Shown here: positions 37,082 to 47,519 of the stretch, piece by piece
Layout of the letters: every line of letters starts with the position of its first letter
Position numbering within the stretch: position 1 is the stretch's first letter
Source: Chitinophagales bacterium
Lineage (GTDB): Bacteria > Bacteroidota > Bacteroidia > Chitinophagales > CAIODY01
Direction: 5' to 3'
Assembly (NCBI GenBank): GCA_026461075.1
Contig: JAPJNH010000107.1
Coordinates: forward strand, 1,127 to 65,126
Length of the DNA stretch: 64,000 nucleotides
Position numbers and translations under genes: made by a program
Notes under the pieces: generated by a model
Databases searched by the model: none
What the model was told of the DNA's origin: nothing
What the model saw: only the letters and a program-made list of their open reading frames with translations

Positions 37082-37818
37082 GGTGTATAAGTTTTAAGCG
37101 TACAAACTTCTCCGTCATATACCGCGTATGTATAGAAGTTAATCCAATCCCCTAAGTTGATATATCTACTTGCACCCTCCACCTGCACATCCATTGGCAA
37201 ATGACGATGACCAAAAATAAAATAATCCGCGGGAACTTCTTTGATTTTTCTACGCGTATACTGTAATAACCACTCGTCTTCCCCGTAATTCAACTCATCT
37301 TTCGGTCCGTTCGCTATGCGACTCTTGCGCGACCAAAAATTGGCTATCCCAACCCCTATATCCGGATGTAGCCATCTAAAGAACCACTGCGCGAGGGGAT
37401 TTTGAAATACCTTCTTCATGCGTTTAAATCCTTTATCTCCTGGTCCTAAGCCATCTCCATGTCCGATAAAAAATAATTTATCGCCAATGGTGCGGCTAAT
37501 CGGTTCGAAATAAACAGGAATCGACAGCTCCGTTTCAAAGTAATCCTTCATCCACAAATCGTGATTACCTGTAAACATATAAATCGGAATACCTGCATCA
37601 CGGAGTTCGGCTAACTTACCTAATAAACGTACAAAGCCCTTTGGGACAACGGTCTTGTATTCAAACCAAAAATCGAAAATATCACCTACCAAATACAAGG
37701 CTTCCATATCCCCTTTCATTTCATCTAAAAAAGCACAAACACGTTTTTCACGCACCAAGCTTGCCGCGTGATTCGGTGTCCCTAAATGAAAATCAGATAT
37801 GAAATAAGTCTTCTTCAA
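37078..37818 (-). CDS. lpxH: UDP-2,3-diacylglucosamine diphosphatase
   Basis: YFISDFHLG, GDIFDFW, GNHD, HGDG, FGHRH, NLGDW. Confidence 0.88.
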   Translation of the reverse strand: MKKTYFISDFHLGTPNHAASLVREKRVCAFLDEMKGDMEALYLVGDIFDFWFEYKTVVPKGFVRLLGKLAELRDAGIPIYMFTGNHDLWMKDYFETELSIPVYFEPISRTIGDKLFFIGHGDGLGPGDKGFKRMKKVFQNPLAQWFFRWLHPDIGVGIANFWSRKSRIANGPKDELNYGEDEWLLQYTRRKIKEVPADYFIFGHRHLPMDVQVEGASRYINLGDWINFYTYAVYDGEVCTLKTYTP

Positions 37819-37836
37819 CTTTATAAAAATACAAAT

Positions 37837-38907
37837 TTATCCGTCTTGAAAGTCTGTCGGGTTATATTCTTCTTGAATCGCCTTCGGCTGACGCATCGAC
37901 TCTGAAACTTTCTCCATCAAACCAGGTATAGCCAAATAATGTGCCTCCGCTTCTCTCAACACAGCATGAATTTCTTCCACTTCATTTAAGGTCACTAATT
38001 GACTTCTAAAATGTTTACTTTCTGGCAAGTGCTTGAGATAGTTGGAATAGTGACGACGCATCTCTAAGATTCCTAATTTAGAACCTTTCCATTGCAAACT
38101 CATTTCCAAATGCTTCTTGCAAGAAGTAAATCGTTCTTCAATAGTTGGCGGTGGCAAAATAGTGCCATCCTTCAAATATTGCTTGATCTCTCTAAAAATC
38201 CATGGGTAGCCAATCGCAGCACGACCCACCATAATACCATCTACGCCATAACGATCTTTATACTCCTTAGCTTTTTGCGGAGAATCAATATCTCCATTAC
38301 CGAAGATCGGTATATGCATACGAGGATTATTCTTTACTTCTCCGATTAAAGTCCAGTCAGCACTTCCCTTATACATTTGCTGACGGGTACGTCCGTGAAT
38401 CGTCAACGCTTGAATTCCGATATCTTGCAATCGCTCTGCTACCTCCACAATATTTTTGGTTCGTTCATCCCAACCCAAACGCGTCTTCACGGTAACGGGT
38501 AATTTAACAGCGTCAACGATTGCTTTCGTCATGGCCACCATTTTATCAATATTCGTCAAAATGCCTGCACCAGCGCCTTTACAAGCCACTGCTTTTACCG
38601 GACAGCCATAGTTGATATCAATCAAATCTGGATTTGCTTCGGCAGCAATGCGCGCCGCGTCGACCATACTCTCAATATCGGAGCCGAAAATTTGAATACC
38701 GATTGGTCGTTCATATTCGAAAATATCTAATTTCTTTTTACTCTTCAACGCATGCCGTATCAGCCCCTCACTACTAATAAACTCGGTATACATCAAATCC
38801 GCTCCAGCATCTTTACATACCGCACGAAAAGGGGGATCGCTCACATCCTCCATAGGAGCAAGCAATAAAGGAAAATCAGGTAATTCTAATGGACCAATCT
38901 TTACCAT
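37837..38907 (-). CDS. dusB: tRNA-dihydrouridine synthase DusB
   Basis: LAPMEDVSD, QIFG, DINYGCP, VTVKTR.GW, IHGRTR, NGDI, GRAAIG.PWIF. Confidence 0.93.
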   Translation of the reverse strand: MVKIGPLELPDFPLLLAPMEDVSDPPFRAVCKDAGADLMYTEFISSEGLIRHALKSKKKLDIFEYERPIGIQIFGSDIESMVDAARIAAEANPDLIDINYGCPVKAVACKGAGAGILTNIDKMVAMTKAIVDAVKLPVTVKTRLGWDERTKNIVEVAERLQDIGIQALTIHGRTRQQMYKGSADWTLIGEVKNNPRMHIPIFGNGDIDSPQKAKEYKDRYGVDGIMVGRAAIGYPWIFREIKQYLKDGTILPPPTIEERFTSCKKHLEMSLQWKGSKLGILEMRRHYSNYLKHLPESKHFRSQLVTLNEVEEIHAVLREAEAHYLAIPGLMEKVSESMRQPKAIQEEYNPTDFQDG

Positions 38908-38914
38908 ATTCGGA

Positions 38915-39715
38915 TTACTTGTTTTTTAATTTAATACGCGCAAACACATTGGATAAATCCACCCACGCTTCGACAGATAATTGCTCGGCACGTAAGCCTA
39001 AAATCTCTTCAGGAATCGCAGGCAATAATTCCTTATCCAAGCCAGATAAAGCATTCTTCAAGGTCTTTCTACGCTGAGAAAAACCAGCCTTCACTACTTG
39101 TCTGAAAAGTTTCTTATCCAAAATCTCCATCGGCATTTCCTTGCGTTTCAAATGAATCACCCCACTCACCACTTTCGGAGGCGGATCAAACAAATGGGCA
39201 GGAACATCAAACAAATACTTCACCTCATACAAGGCTTGTGTCAAAACAGAAGTCACGCCATAAACCTTGCTACCGTGTTTAGCAGCAAAACGTTGCGCTA
39301 CTTCCTTCTGAAACATCCCAACTACTTCAGGAACGTATTGTACATTGTCGATTACCGTAAATATAATTTCAGTGGAGATATTGTAAGGAAAATTCCCTAC
39401 GACACAAACACCATCTGGAAACTGCTTTTCAAAATCAAGGGTTAGAACATCTTGATGTAGGAAATGAACTCGCGGAAATTTCTCCGGAATGATTTTCGCT
39501 AAACGATCATCAATATCTACTGTATAAAAATTGCCAGCGTACTTCGGATACAAAAATTGAGTAAGAACACCTAATCCCGGACCGACCTCCAAAACAGCAT
39601 AGCCCGTTTCTTTGAGCGCATCTACAATTTGAAAAGCGACATCCTGATCACGAAGAAAGTGTTGACCTAAGGCCTTTTTGTGGCGAAACTGATCTTCGCG
39701 AATATAATGTTTCAA
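38915..39715 (-). CDS. rsmA: 16S rRNA dimethyladenosine transferase
   Basis: KKALGQHFL, EVGPGLG, GNFPYNIS, QKEVA.R, F.PPPKV.S, F.QRRKTL.N. Confidence 0.96.
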   Translation of the reverse strand: MKHYIREDQFRHKKALGQHFLRDQDVAFQIVDALKETGYAVLEVGPGLGVLTQFLYPKYAGNFYTVDIDDRLAKIIPEKFPRVHFLHQDVLTLDFEKQFPDGVCVVGNFPYNISTEIIFTVIDNVQYVPEVVGMFQKEVAQRFAAKHGSKVYGVTSVLTQALYEVKYLFDVPAHLFDPPPKVVSGVIHLKRKEMPMEILDKKLFRQVVKAGFSQRRKTLKNALSGLDKELLPAIPEEILGLRAEQLSVEAWVDLSNVFARIKLKNK

Positions 39716-39721
39716 GCTAAT

Positions 39722-40033
39722 TTATTTTTTCTCACGTATTCTACTCAAACGAAAAGGAGTCCCAACCATACGTACGTTCGGGTCAATCGTTCCTTCTGCA
39801 CCACTGAATTCAACCTTCATGCCAGCATGTTGAAAATTAGCAGGCAATTCCACTAAATAACGCTGATTAGGATTGCTATCCGGAATAATCACATAAGTAG
39901 TGCTACCCTCTGGAATATTCATCACCACGCCACTTTGCAAAACTTGCTTTTTCTTGTGTTTCTGACACATAGCCTGCGAAGCACCGAAAATACTTATCAT
40001 CAAGACAATGATGATCGCAATAATTTTTTTCAT
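39722..40033 (-). CDS. Small secreted hypothetical protein (possibly a small beta-barrel)
   Basis: Signal peptide; LPANFQHAGMKVEFSG...GTP; co-oriented between scpB and rsmA. Confidence 0.6.
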   Translation of the reverse strand: MKKIIAIIIVLMISIFGASQAMCQKHKKKQVLQSGVVMNIPEGSTTYVIIPDSNPNQRYLVELPANFQHAGMKVEFSGAEGTIDPNVRMVGTPFRLSRIREKK

Positions 40034-40035
40034 GA

Positions 40036-40614
40036 TTAGTTGTTTAAGGTTTCACTAGGTACACCCGCTGAACTACCTTCTTCAGGCGCAGAGATGTCAC
40101 GAAGCTTTGGCAAATCATCAACCGAGTTCAATCCAAAATAATCCATGAAGGTATTGCTCGTAGCATACAAAACCGGTTTGCCCACTTGCTCACTTCTACC
40201 AGCAATCACAATCAATTCTTTTTCCAATAATTTTTGAATCGAGTAATCAGCGCTTACGCCACGAATCATTTCAATCTCCGTTTTACTAATAGGCTGCTTA
40301 TAGGCAATAATAGCTAAAGTCTCCATTGCAGCAGTCGTTAAGCGCTTTACTGTTTTTTCTTTCAACAACACACTCACCGTTTCATGATAATCCGCCTTCG
40401 TCATAAACAAATAACCCTTCGAGATACTCTTCAATTCAAAAGCAAATTCAGGGGCATTATATTTTTCTGTCAATTGCTCCAATGCAGCCTGCAAATCAGC
40501 GTCAGCCACAAACAAGCCAAAACGCTTATTCAAACACTCCTGTATGTCCTTTAAAGTTAAAGAACTCTCAGAAGTAAATATCAAGGCTTCAATATGTTGC
40601 AATAGGTTCTCCAT
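40036..40614 (-). CDS. scpB: SMC-Scp complex subunit ScpB
   Basis: IEALIF, LT.AAMETLAIIAYKQPI.K.EIE.IRGV, GKP.LY.T...F. Confidence 0.95.
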   Translation of the reverse strand: MENLLQHIEALIFTSESSLTLKDIQECLNKRFGLFVADADLQAALEQLTEKYNAPEFAFELKSISKGYLFMTKADYHETVSVLLKEKTVKRLTTAAMETLAIIAYKQPISKTEIEMIRGVSADYSIQKLLEKELIVIAGRSEQVGKPVLYATSNTFMDYFGLNSVDDLPKLRDISAPEEGSSAGVPSETLNN

Positions 40615-40711
40615 CGTCGATTTTGTTTACCTTACAAAACTATCAAAAAGTAACGTTTTTACGTAAAAAAGCCTTTTGCTTTGTACTTTTGTTAAAATTT
40701 TGTGGAAAACT

Positions 40712-41821
40712 ATGTCTCAGCGTTATAGCCAAACTAAAGCAACCCTTGCCATCTCGAAAGCAAGCTTAAAATCGATGTTCAGAAGTCCTTCTGCTGTCAT
40801 CTTCTCATTGGCCTTCCCAATAATCTTTATTCTTGTCTTTGGTTTTATCGGTGATCGTGGTGGTATGAGCTTCGATATTGCTTTCACAGAAGGTTCTAAT
40901 ACCCAAAACCCTGTCTACCAATGGATGCAAGCCGACTCCAACATTCATATACATACCGGCACTGCAAAGGAATTAAATGAGCAATTATTAAAAGGAAAAT
41001 TAGATGCAATGGTGACCATGAAATACGGCGCCGCAGATAGTTTTGGCATGACTCCTCTGAACGTCACTATTCAAACCTCTACAGCCTCGATACAGAGCGG
41101 ACAAATTTTCAAAAGTGTGGTAAAGGAATACGTGAATGCCATTAGTGAAAAAACCTTACAATACTTTCCTCGATTTGCGACACTTAGCTTCCCACCGCCT
41201 GTTCAAGCACGTGTGTACCAAAGTATCGATTTTATCTTACCAGGGCAATTAGGATTTTCAATGTTAAGTGCGGGTGTATTCGGAGCAGCCTTTGTATTCT
41301 TCGGACTTCGTCAGACACTCGTGTTGAAGCGCTTCTTCGCTACACCTATTCGCCGAGGAAACATTATTATCGGAGAAGGGATTTCTAGAATTTTATTTCA
41401 ACTAATGGCCGCTACCTTGATTATTATTATTGGTCATTTCTTCTTCAAATTCACCCTCGTAAACGGTTTCATCACGGGATTAGAAATGATTCTACTCTGC
41501 GGATTAGGACTCATCATCTTCATGGGCTTCGGCTTTATTGTAAGCGGTATCGCGAAAAACGAAACAAGTATTCCGCCGTTCGCCAACTTAATCACCATGC
41601 CGCAATTCCTTCTAGGAGGCACTTTCTTTAGTATCAGTAATTTCCCTTCTTGGTTACAAGTAATCAGTAAGGCTATGCCATTAACCCATCTTAACGAAGC
41701 ACTACGTCAAATAGCATTCGATGGAGCTTCTCTTTGGGATGTTCGTAACGAAATCGGCATCATGCTCCTTTGGGGTGTTTTTGTCTATGTTATCGCTGTT
41801 CGTGTATTCCGTTGGGAATAA
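40712..41821 (+). CDS. ABC-2 type transporter permease
   Basis: FSLAFPIIF, DFILPG.LG, LKRFFATP, PQFLLGG.FF, P.WLQ.IS...PLTHL. Confidence 0.9.
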   Translation: MSQRYSQTKATLAISKASLKSMFRSPSAVIFSLAFPIIFILVFGFIGDRGGMSFDIAFTEGSNTQNPVYQWMQADSNIHIHTGTAKELNEQLLKGKLDAMVTMKYGAADSFGMTPLNVTIQTSTASIQSGQIFKSVVKEYVNAISEKTLQYFPRFATLSFPPPVQARVYQSIDFILPGQLGFSMLSAGVFGAAFVFFGLRQTLVLKRFFATPIRRGNIIIGEGISRILFQLMAATLIIIIGHFFFKFTLVNGFITGLEMILLCGLGLIIFMGFGFIVSGIAKNETSIPPFANLITMPQFLLGGTFFSISNFPSWLQVISKAMPLTHLNEALRQIAFDGASLWDVRNEIGIMLLWGVFVYVIAVRVFRWE

Positions 41822-41830
41822 AAACATAAT

Positions 41831-43855
41831 ATGCCAAACGCATTAGTCAACGAAAAAAGCCCCTACCTTTTACAGCATGCACACAATCCTGTAGAATGGT
41901 TTCCTTGGGGTGAAGAGGCCTTGCAGAAGGCGAAAACAGAAGACAAACCCATTCTTTTAAGCATTGGTTATTCAGCCTGCCATTGGTGTCATGTCATGGA
42001 AAGAGAAAGCTTCGAAGATGCGGATACCGCAGCTCTGATGAACGAACTTTATGTGAATATAAAAGTCGATCGCGAAGAACGTCCCGACTTAGACCATATC
42101 TACATGGAAGCGGTTCAAATCCTTACAGGAAGCGGAGGCTGGCCTTTAAATGTCTTCCTGACGCCCGACTTAAAACCCTTCTATGGCGGCACCTATTTCC
42201 CTCCTATCCCCGTACAAAATCGACCTTCCTGGACAAATGTTTTGATTCATTTAGCTAATGCATTCAAAGAAAAAAGAGGAGAAGTAGAAGAACAAGCGAA
42301 TCGTCTATTAGCGCATATAGAAAAAGGACAACATATCACTAAGCAAGCGGATGCTACGCAGAACAAGCATCTGAACGAAGACGACCTTCATTCCATCGCG
42401 CAAAAGATTTTACAAAATTCAGATAGAATGCGTGGTGGATTTGGTAGAGCGCCGAAGTTCTTGGGCACTTTCAGTCTGCGTTGGATGTGGTGGTATGCAC
42501 AAACCTATGCACATCAAGAAAGCCAAGAACAGGTTGTATTGAGTGTCGACCAAATGCTAATGGGAGGTATTTATGATCAAATCGGCGGAGGCATTTGTCG
42601 TTATAGTACCGACGAACATTGGCTCGTTCCACACTTTGAGAAAATGCTTTACGATAATGCCTTACTGCTTCGATTATTGGCAGACATGCACGCTGCACAA
42701 AAAGATTTAGGCTACCGTAAGGATATGGACTCTATCTTCCTTTTTCTGCAAAGAGAGATGACTAATCCAGAAGGATTGTTCTATTCAGCTTTAGATGCCG
42801 ACTCCGAAGGTGTAGAAGGGAAATATTATATCTGGTCGGCCTCCGAAATAGATGCCTTACTGGGTGAAAATGCTGCTTGGTACAAGCGCTATTATAACGT
42901 GAGCGAAGAAGGAAATTGGGAAGAACAGAATATTTTACATCGTAAAGAAAACAAGGATGCTTTCGCAGCAAGTATGCATTTGGATAGCGATGCATTCTCT
43001 AAAAAAGTGGATGAGTGCAATTCCATTTTATTGCAAGCTAGAGAAAAAAGAATTCGTCCAGGATTAGACAATAAAATTCAATTAAGCTGGAATGCACTGA
43101 TGAATAGCGCCCTGAGTGCAGCTTACCTAGCCACTTTGGAGGAAAAATACTTACTTGCTGCCATTAAAAATATGGAGGCAATGAAAGCACATTGTGAAGG
43201 ATGGAACAAGCTTAAACATATTCTGAATAACGAGGCACAAGAGAATTATTTCTTAGAAGATCTTGCGTTTTTAGGGGACGCTTTATTGTTACTCTATCAA
43301 GCAAGTGGAAATAGCAACTACGCACAAGACGCCTTGAAGATGGCCGAAATCATACGGGACGAATTTGCATTAGAAAATTCTGTTTTCTTCAGTTTCACTA
43401 GCAAGCAGCAAAAGGATAAACTTCTGGCAAAAGCAGAATATTATGACGGAGCGACAGCCTCTGCCAACTCCGTTATCAACGGTCTTTTCATTCAGTTAGG
43501 CTGTATTTTTAACGACAGTAATTGGATTGCCTTAGCAGAGAAAATGAATCCCGCCATTCTAGCTGGCTTGAAACAATATCCAAGCTCCTTCTCCAATTGG
43601 GCGATGCAGTTTACAATGCAAATGGTCGGACTCCGTGAAATAAGTATACATCCTGAAAACACTTACAGAAAGGATATTCAACAAAAATACGACCCTTTCA
43701 AGCTGATTATTTATGCAGCAGAAAAAGCGAGTTTACCTATCGGAGAAAGTATAACGAATCTGGATAAAAAATCGATTCAATTCTGTTACAAACAAAGTTG
43801 CTATCCGCTTTATCAGACGTGGGAAGATTTATGTGCAGAACATTATAAACAATAA
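41831..43855 (+). CDS. YyaL/SSP411-like thioredoxin-domain protein (DUF255 + alpha/alpha barrel)
   Basis: [64 protein letters not shown]. Confidence 0.93.
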   Translation: MPNALVNEKSPYLLQHAHNPVEWFPWGEEALQKAKTEDKPILLSIGYSACHWCHVMERESFEDADTAALMNELYVNIKVDREERPDLDHIYMEAVQILTGSGGWPLNVFLTPDLKPFYGGTYFPPIPVQNRPSWTNVLIHLANAFKEKRGEVEEQANRLLAHIEKGQHITKQADATQNKHLNEDDLHSIAQKILQNSDRMRGGFGRAPKFLGTFSLRWMWWYAQTYAHQESQEQVVLSVDQMLMGGIYDQIGGGICRYSTDEHWLVPHFEKMLYDNALLLRLLADMHAAQKDLGYRKDMDSIFLFLQREMTNPEGLFYSALDADSEGVEGKYYIWSASEIDALLGENAAWYKRYYNVSEEGNWEEQNILHRKENKDAFAASMHLDSDAFSKKVDECNSILLQAREKRIRPGLDNKIQLSWNALMNSALSAAYLATLEEKYLLAAIKNMEAMKAHCEGWNKLKHILNNEAQENYFLEDLAFLGDALLLLYQASGNSNYAQDALKMAEIIRDEFALENSVFFSFTSKQQKDKLLAKAEYYDGATASANSVINGLFIQLGCIFNDSNWIALAEKMNPAILAGLKQYPSSFSNWAMQFTMQMVGLREISIHPENTYRKDIQQKYDPFKLIIYAAEKASLPIGESITNLDKKSIQFCYKQSCYPLYQTWEDLCAEHYKQ

Positions 43856-43883
43856 ACTAGCAGAGTAGTAATTTAGAGATACA

Positions 43884-44909
43884 ATGAATCAATTGCACAA
43901 TCTTCAATCGTTGAAAGCATTCAATACCTTCAATATTGAATGTACTGCTGAACAGTTTCTTTCTTTTGATCAGCTTGAAACTTTACAAAATATCTGTGCG
44001 GATACTGCCTTGAAAAGCCGTATCTCATTGATTCTTGGCGGTGGCAGTAATATTTTATTCACGAAGCCGAAGATTGCAGGACTGACATTACATAATTGCT
44101 TAAAAGGAATTGAAAAAGTAGCGGAGGACGAGGAAAGCATTTATATCAAAGCATTTGCAGGAGAAGTATGGCATGATTTCGTAGAACATTGTATCCATCA
44201 GAATTGGGCCGGAATCGAAAATTTAGCTTTGATACCTGGATGTATAGGCGCTTCGCCGATGCAAAATATCGGAGCCTATGGGGTTGAAATAAAGGATGTG
44301 TTTTTCGAACTAGAAGCCTTGCATATAGCAACCAACGAAATTCATCGTTTCAAACTAAACGATTGCCAATTCGGATATCGTGAGAGTGTTTTCAAACGCC
44401 GTTATAAAGGAGAATACATCATCCTTTCCGTTACATACCGACTCTTAAAAAATGCTGCTATAAAAACTAGTTATGGCGCCATTCAGCAAGAGTTAGATAG
44501 TATGCAAGTCGGTGCAGTGGGAATTAGAGAAGTCGCAGATGCTGTGATTCGAATTCGTCGTTCCAAATTGCCCAATCCAAAAGAGCTAGGCAATGCAGGT
44601 AGTTTTTTCAAAAACCCTAGTATACCTATTCAACAGGCCGAGGACTTATTGAAAACATACCCTTCCATGCCGCAATATCCTTCCACTGAGGCAAACGCAA
44701 AAAAGGTAGCTGCCGGTTGGTTGATAGAACAATGTGGTTTAAAGGGACATCGAGAGGCACATTGCGGAGTTCATCATCTACAAGCACTTGTATTGGTTAA
44801 TTATGGTGAAGCCCGTGGCGAAGAAGTCTTTCAACTTTCACAATTGATTATAGATTCAGTATTCAACAAGTTTGGTATCCTTTTGGAAAGGGAAGTAAAC
44901 ATCCTTTAA
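43884..44909 (+). CDS. murB: UDP-N-acetylmuramate dehydrogenase
   Basis: GGGSN, ENLALIPG, QNIGAYG, FGYR.S.FK, GNAGSFFKNP, ALVLVN. Confidence 0.96.
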   Translation: MNQLHNLQSLKAFNTFNIECTAEQFLSFDQLETLQNICADTALKSRISLILGGGSNILFTKPKIAGLTLHNCLKGIEKVAEDEESIYIKAFAGEVWHDFVEHCIHQNWAGIENLALIPGCIGASPMQNIGAYGVEIKDVFFELEALHIATNEIHRFKLNDCQFGYRESVFKRRYKGEYIILSVTYRLLKNAAIKTSYGAIQQELDSMQVGAVGIREVADAVIRIRRSKLPNPKELGNAGSFFKNPSIPIQQAEDLLKTYPSMPQYPSTEANAKKVAAGWLIEQCGLKGHREAHCGVHHLQALVLVNYGEARGEEVFQLSQLIIDSVFNKFGILLEREVNIL

Positions 44910-44977
44910 AGACGAAATAATCTTGCAATTCATAATTTTGGTATGTAAATTGCATCATCATTCCTAAACGGTTTAAA

Positions 44978-45484
44978 ATGAAAAAATATTTACTCGGCTT
45001 AGTTGCCTTTTTAAGCTTTACATTGGTAAGCTTCATCCCTCAAAGTACTTCAGAAGTGCCTAGTGTAACGATCAAAGGACTAAGTGGAGAAAACGTAGAT
45101 TTTTCATCAGTTGTAAAAAAAGGGCGTGTAACTGTCGTTTCTTTTTGGGCAACTTGGTGCGTTCCTTGTAAAAAAGAGATCAATGCGATGTCAGAATTAA
45201 TCCCAGAATGGCAAAAGACAATGGACTTCGACATGGTTGCCGTTTCTATCGATGATACGCGTAACATGGCAAAAGTAAAATCATATGTAAACGGACAAAA
45301 GTGGGAATTCCCTGCGTATATCGACCCGAATCAAGATTTGAAGCGTGCCTTGAATTTCCAAAGTATTCCTTTCGCTATCATTTTTGATAAGGATGGTAAA
45401 ATTGCCTACACCCACTCAGGTTATGTAGAAGGCGACGAGTTCGTTCTTCGCGATCATATCAAAGAAATCGTGAGTGCTAAATAA
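44978..45484 (+). CDS. TlpA/ResA-like thiol-disulfide oxidoreductase
   Basis: Signal peptide; FWATWCVPC, VSID, IP. Confidence 0.92.
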   Translation: MKKYLLGLVAFLSFTLVSFIPQSTSEVPSVTIKGLSGENVDFSSVVKKGRVTVVSFWATWCVPCKKEINAMSELIPEWQKTMDFDMVAVSIDDTRNMAKVKSYVNGQKWEFPAYIDPNQDLKRALNFQSIPFAIIFDKDGKIAYTHSGYVEGDEFVLRDHIKEIVSAK

Positions 45485-45500
45485 TTGTGCTCCTATCTAA

Positions 45501-45539
45501 ATAAAAAAAGGCTCCTGCAAACAGGGGCCTTTTTTTTAT
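45501..45539. terminator. Bidirectional intrinsic terminator
   Basis: ATAAAAAAAGGCTCCTG-caaa-CAGGGGCCTTTTTTTTAT. Confidence 0.88.
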
Positions 45540-46217
45540 TTACGAAATAACATCCTTCATCGTAAACACGCCTTTCTTCCCTATCAACCATTTCGCGGCC
45601 ATCAATGCGCCTGCAGCAAAGCCATCTCGACTATGTGCTTCATGCGTAAAATGCATACTATCAATCTTGGAATGATAATGCGTGGTATGAATGCCAACAA
45701 CAGGATCAATTCGATGATCCACAACAGGAATCGCTTGGCGTGGATAGAATTCCTGTAGATGCGCTAGCAATGTTTTGGCAGTGCCACTCGGAGAATCCTT
45801 CTTTTGCGTATGATGCGTTTCTTCAATACTTACTGAATACTCCGGGTAGGTACGCATGAGTGCGGCCATTTTTCGATTCAATTCAAAAAACAAATTCACC
45901 CCAACACTGAAGTTACTTGCCCAAACTAAAGCGCCACTCTGCTTGGCAGCTTCACTTTCTATCAAATCTAATTGATCAAACCAACCCGTTGTACCTGAAA
46001 CTACAGGAACTCCGGCAGCAAAGCATTTCAAGATATTTGATACGGCTGCCTCAGGTTGCGTGAATTCAATCACCACATCAGCAGATTTCAATAACTCGTC
46101 CGTTAGCGTTGCCACTTGAGCAGAACTAATGGTCGCAACAATTTCATCACCGGCTTCATGCGCCAAACGTTCAATTGTCTTGCCCATCTTGCCATATCCC
46201 AAAAGAATAATCTTCAT
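45540..46217 (-). CDS. dapB: 4-hydroxy-tetrahydrodipicolinate reductase
   Basis: GYGKMG, IEFT.P, GTTG, NFSVGV, E.HHTQKKDSPSGTA, H.A.SRDGFA.GA. Confidence 0.96.
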   Translation of the reverse strand: MKIILLGYGKMGKTIERLAHEAGDEIVATISSAQVATLTDELLKSADVVIEFTQPEAAVSNILKCFAAGVPVVSGTTGWFDQLDLIESEAAKQSGALVWASNFSVGVNLFFELNRKMAALMRTYPEYSVSIEETHHTQKKDSPSGTAKTLLAHLQEFYPRQAIPVVDHRIDPVVGIHTTHYHSKIDSMHFTHEAHSRDGFAAGALMAAKWLIGKKGVFTMKDVIS

Positions 46218-46218
46218 T

Positions 46219-46803
46219 TTATTTGAATTGTAAAGCAAAGCCAATGCTTGTCGGACTTATACGTGGCGACAAACTTAAATCTTCACTCATATTAAAATTA
46301 TACAAATGCGCACTTACATTGGCATCCACTAAGGTCAACATATACACAGCAGCAAAACCAATCACACTTAAATCTAAGTTATGACGGAAGTAAGCCTTTA
46401 CTTTAAACAAATCTTCATTGGCGCGATCACTGATATCATATTGTTTATAGTTGAAATCACGCACCAATAAAGGATTATAATCATTGGAAGGATCTGCATC
46501 TAAGCGTCGACTAATTCCTAAACGGGTTTGCTGATAGCTCCAATAGTTAACCCCAATAAAATATCCTGCCGTGCCTAGTGCGGTATAAACTAATGGTAGT
46601 TTCCAATATTTACGTGTATACACTTGTCCCCAACCTGGTACAATCGCGCCGCGGATAACTGCACCTTTCGGACTAGGGCTAAAAACAACTTTTTGTCGTG
46701 CCACTCTGAAGGAATCTTGCTGCATTGCTTTTGCAGAGTCTTGTTGCGCAAACAAAACACTGTGCAAATTAAGGAGCAGTAAAAAACTTACTATAAAGCG
46801 CAT
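46219..46803 (-). CDS. DUF5683 family protein
   Basis: A..SA/GAIVPGWGQVY.RKYWKLPLVY, ...VDANVSAHL.NF. Confidence 0.85.
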   Translation of the reverse strand: MRFIVSFLLLLNLHSVLFAQQDSAKAMQQDSFRVARQKVVFSPSPKGAVIRGAIVPGWGQVYTRKYWKLPLVYTALGTAGYFIGVNYWSYQQTRLGISRRLDADPSNDYNPLLVRDFNYKQYDISDRANEDLFKVKAYFRHNLDLSVIGFAAVYMLTLVDANVSAHLYNFNMSEDLSLSPRISPTSIGFALQFK

Positions 46804-46811
46804 GATTAAAA

Positions 46812-47516
46812 TTAATAGTTCGCAGGTAAAATTTCATTAGCGGTGGCATAATCTTCAGGAATGCCAATATCAATAAAATAGTCTTGATACGTGTACCCTT
46901 TAAAGTAAAGCATATTCACATGCGACTCCATGAAATCCTTTTCGAAGCTGAATTTTGCAGGAAAGATAAACTCCTTCAGACAGGCTGTACGCAGCGCATA
47001 AATCCCTCCATTAATATTTCCGGCTGCACGTGCCTCTTTTTCACTGAATGAAGTGATATTATTTTCTTCATCTATATTTACAACACCATAACGATCAAAG
47101 TTTGTCATTGGCTTTAAGGCTATAGTCATATCAGTTTCTGGCAAATGCGTATGTTTCGTGGAGAGATCCTTTAAATCAATTGGAAAGAAGGTATCTCCAT
47201 TTAATATAAGCACCTGTTCATCAGTCAAATCTAATACTGCCTGACGTATAGCGCCTCCGGTACCGAGTGGCGTCTCTTCAATGCTATACACGATTTCAAA
47301 ACGATCCTTCCAGGTATCGGCATAGGCCATTACTTGCTCCCGTTGATAAGATACCGCAAGCACTATTTTTTTTATCCCTTGCTTTTGCAAATAACTAAAG
47401 ACATAATACAAAAAAGGTTGCTCACCAACACTAGCCATCACCTTCGGCTTGTCCGCAACCACCGATTGCAAACGCGTTCCTAAACCTCCCGCTAAAATGA
47501 TACAAGTTTCAATCAT
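46812..47516 (-). CDS. Sugar-phosphate nucleotidyltransferase, HddC (heptose-1-phosphate guanylyltransferase)-like
   Basis: LAGGLGTRL, PKVMA, E.TPLGTGGAI, LNGDTF, INGGIY, FSFE.DF, FIDIGIPEDY. Confidence 0.85.
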   Translation of the reverse strand: MIETCIILAGGLGTRLQSVVADKPKVMASVGEQPFLYYVFSYLQKQGIKKIVLAVSYQREQVMAYADTWKDRFEIVYSIEETPLGTGGAIRQAVLDLTDEQVLILNGDTFFPIDLKDLSTKHTHLPETDMTIALKPMTNFDRYGVVNIDEENNITSFSEKEARAAGNINGGIYALRTACLKEFIFPAKFSFEKDFMESHVNMLYFKGYTYQDYFIDIGIPEDYATANEILPANY

Positions 47517-47519
47517 AAT

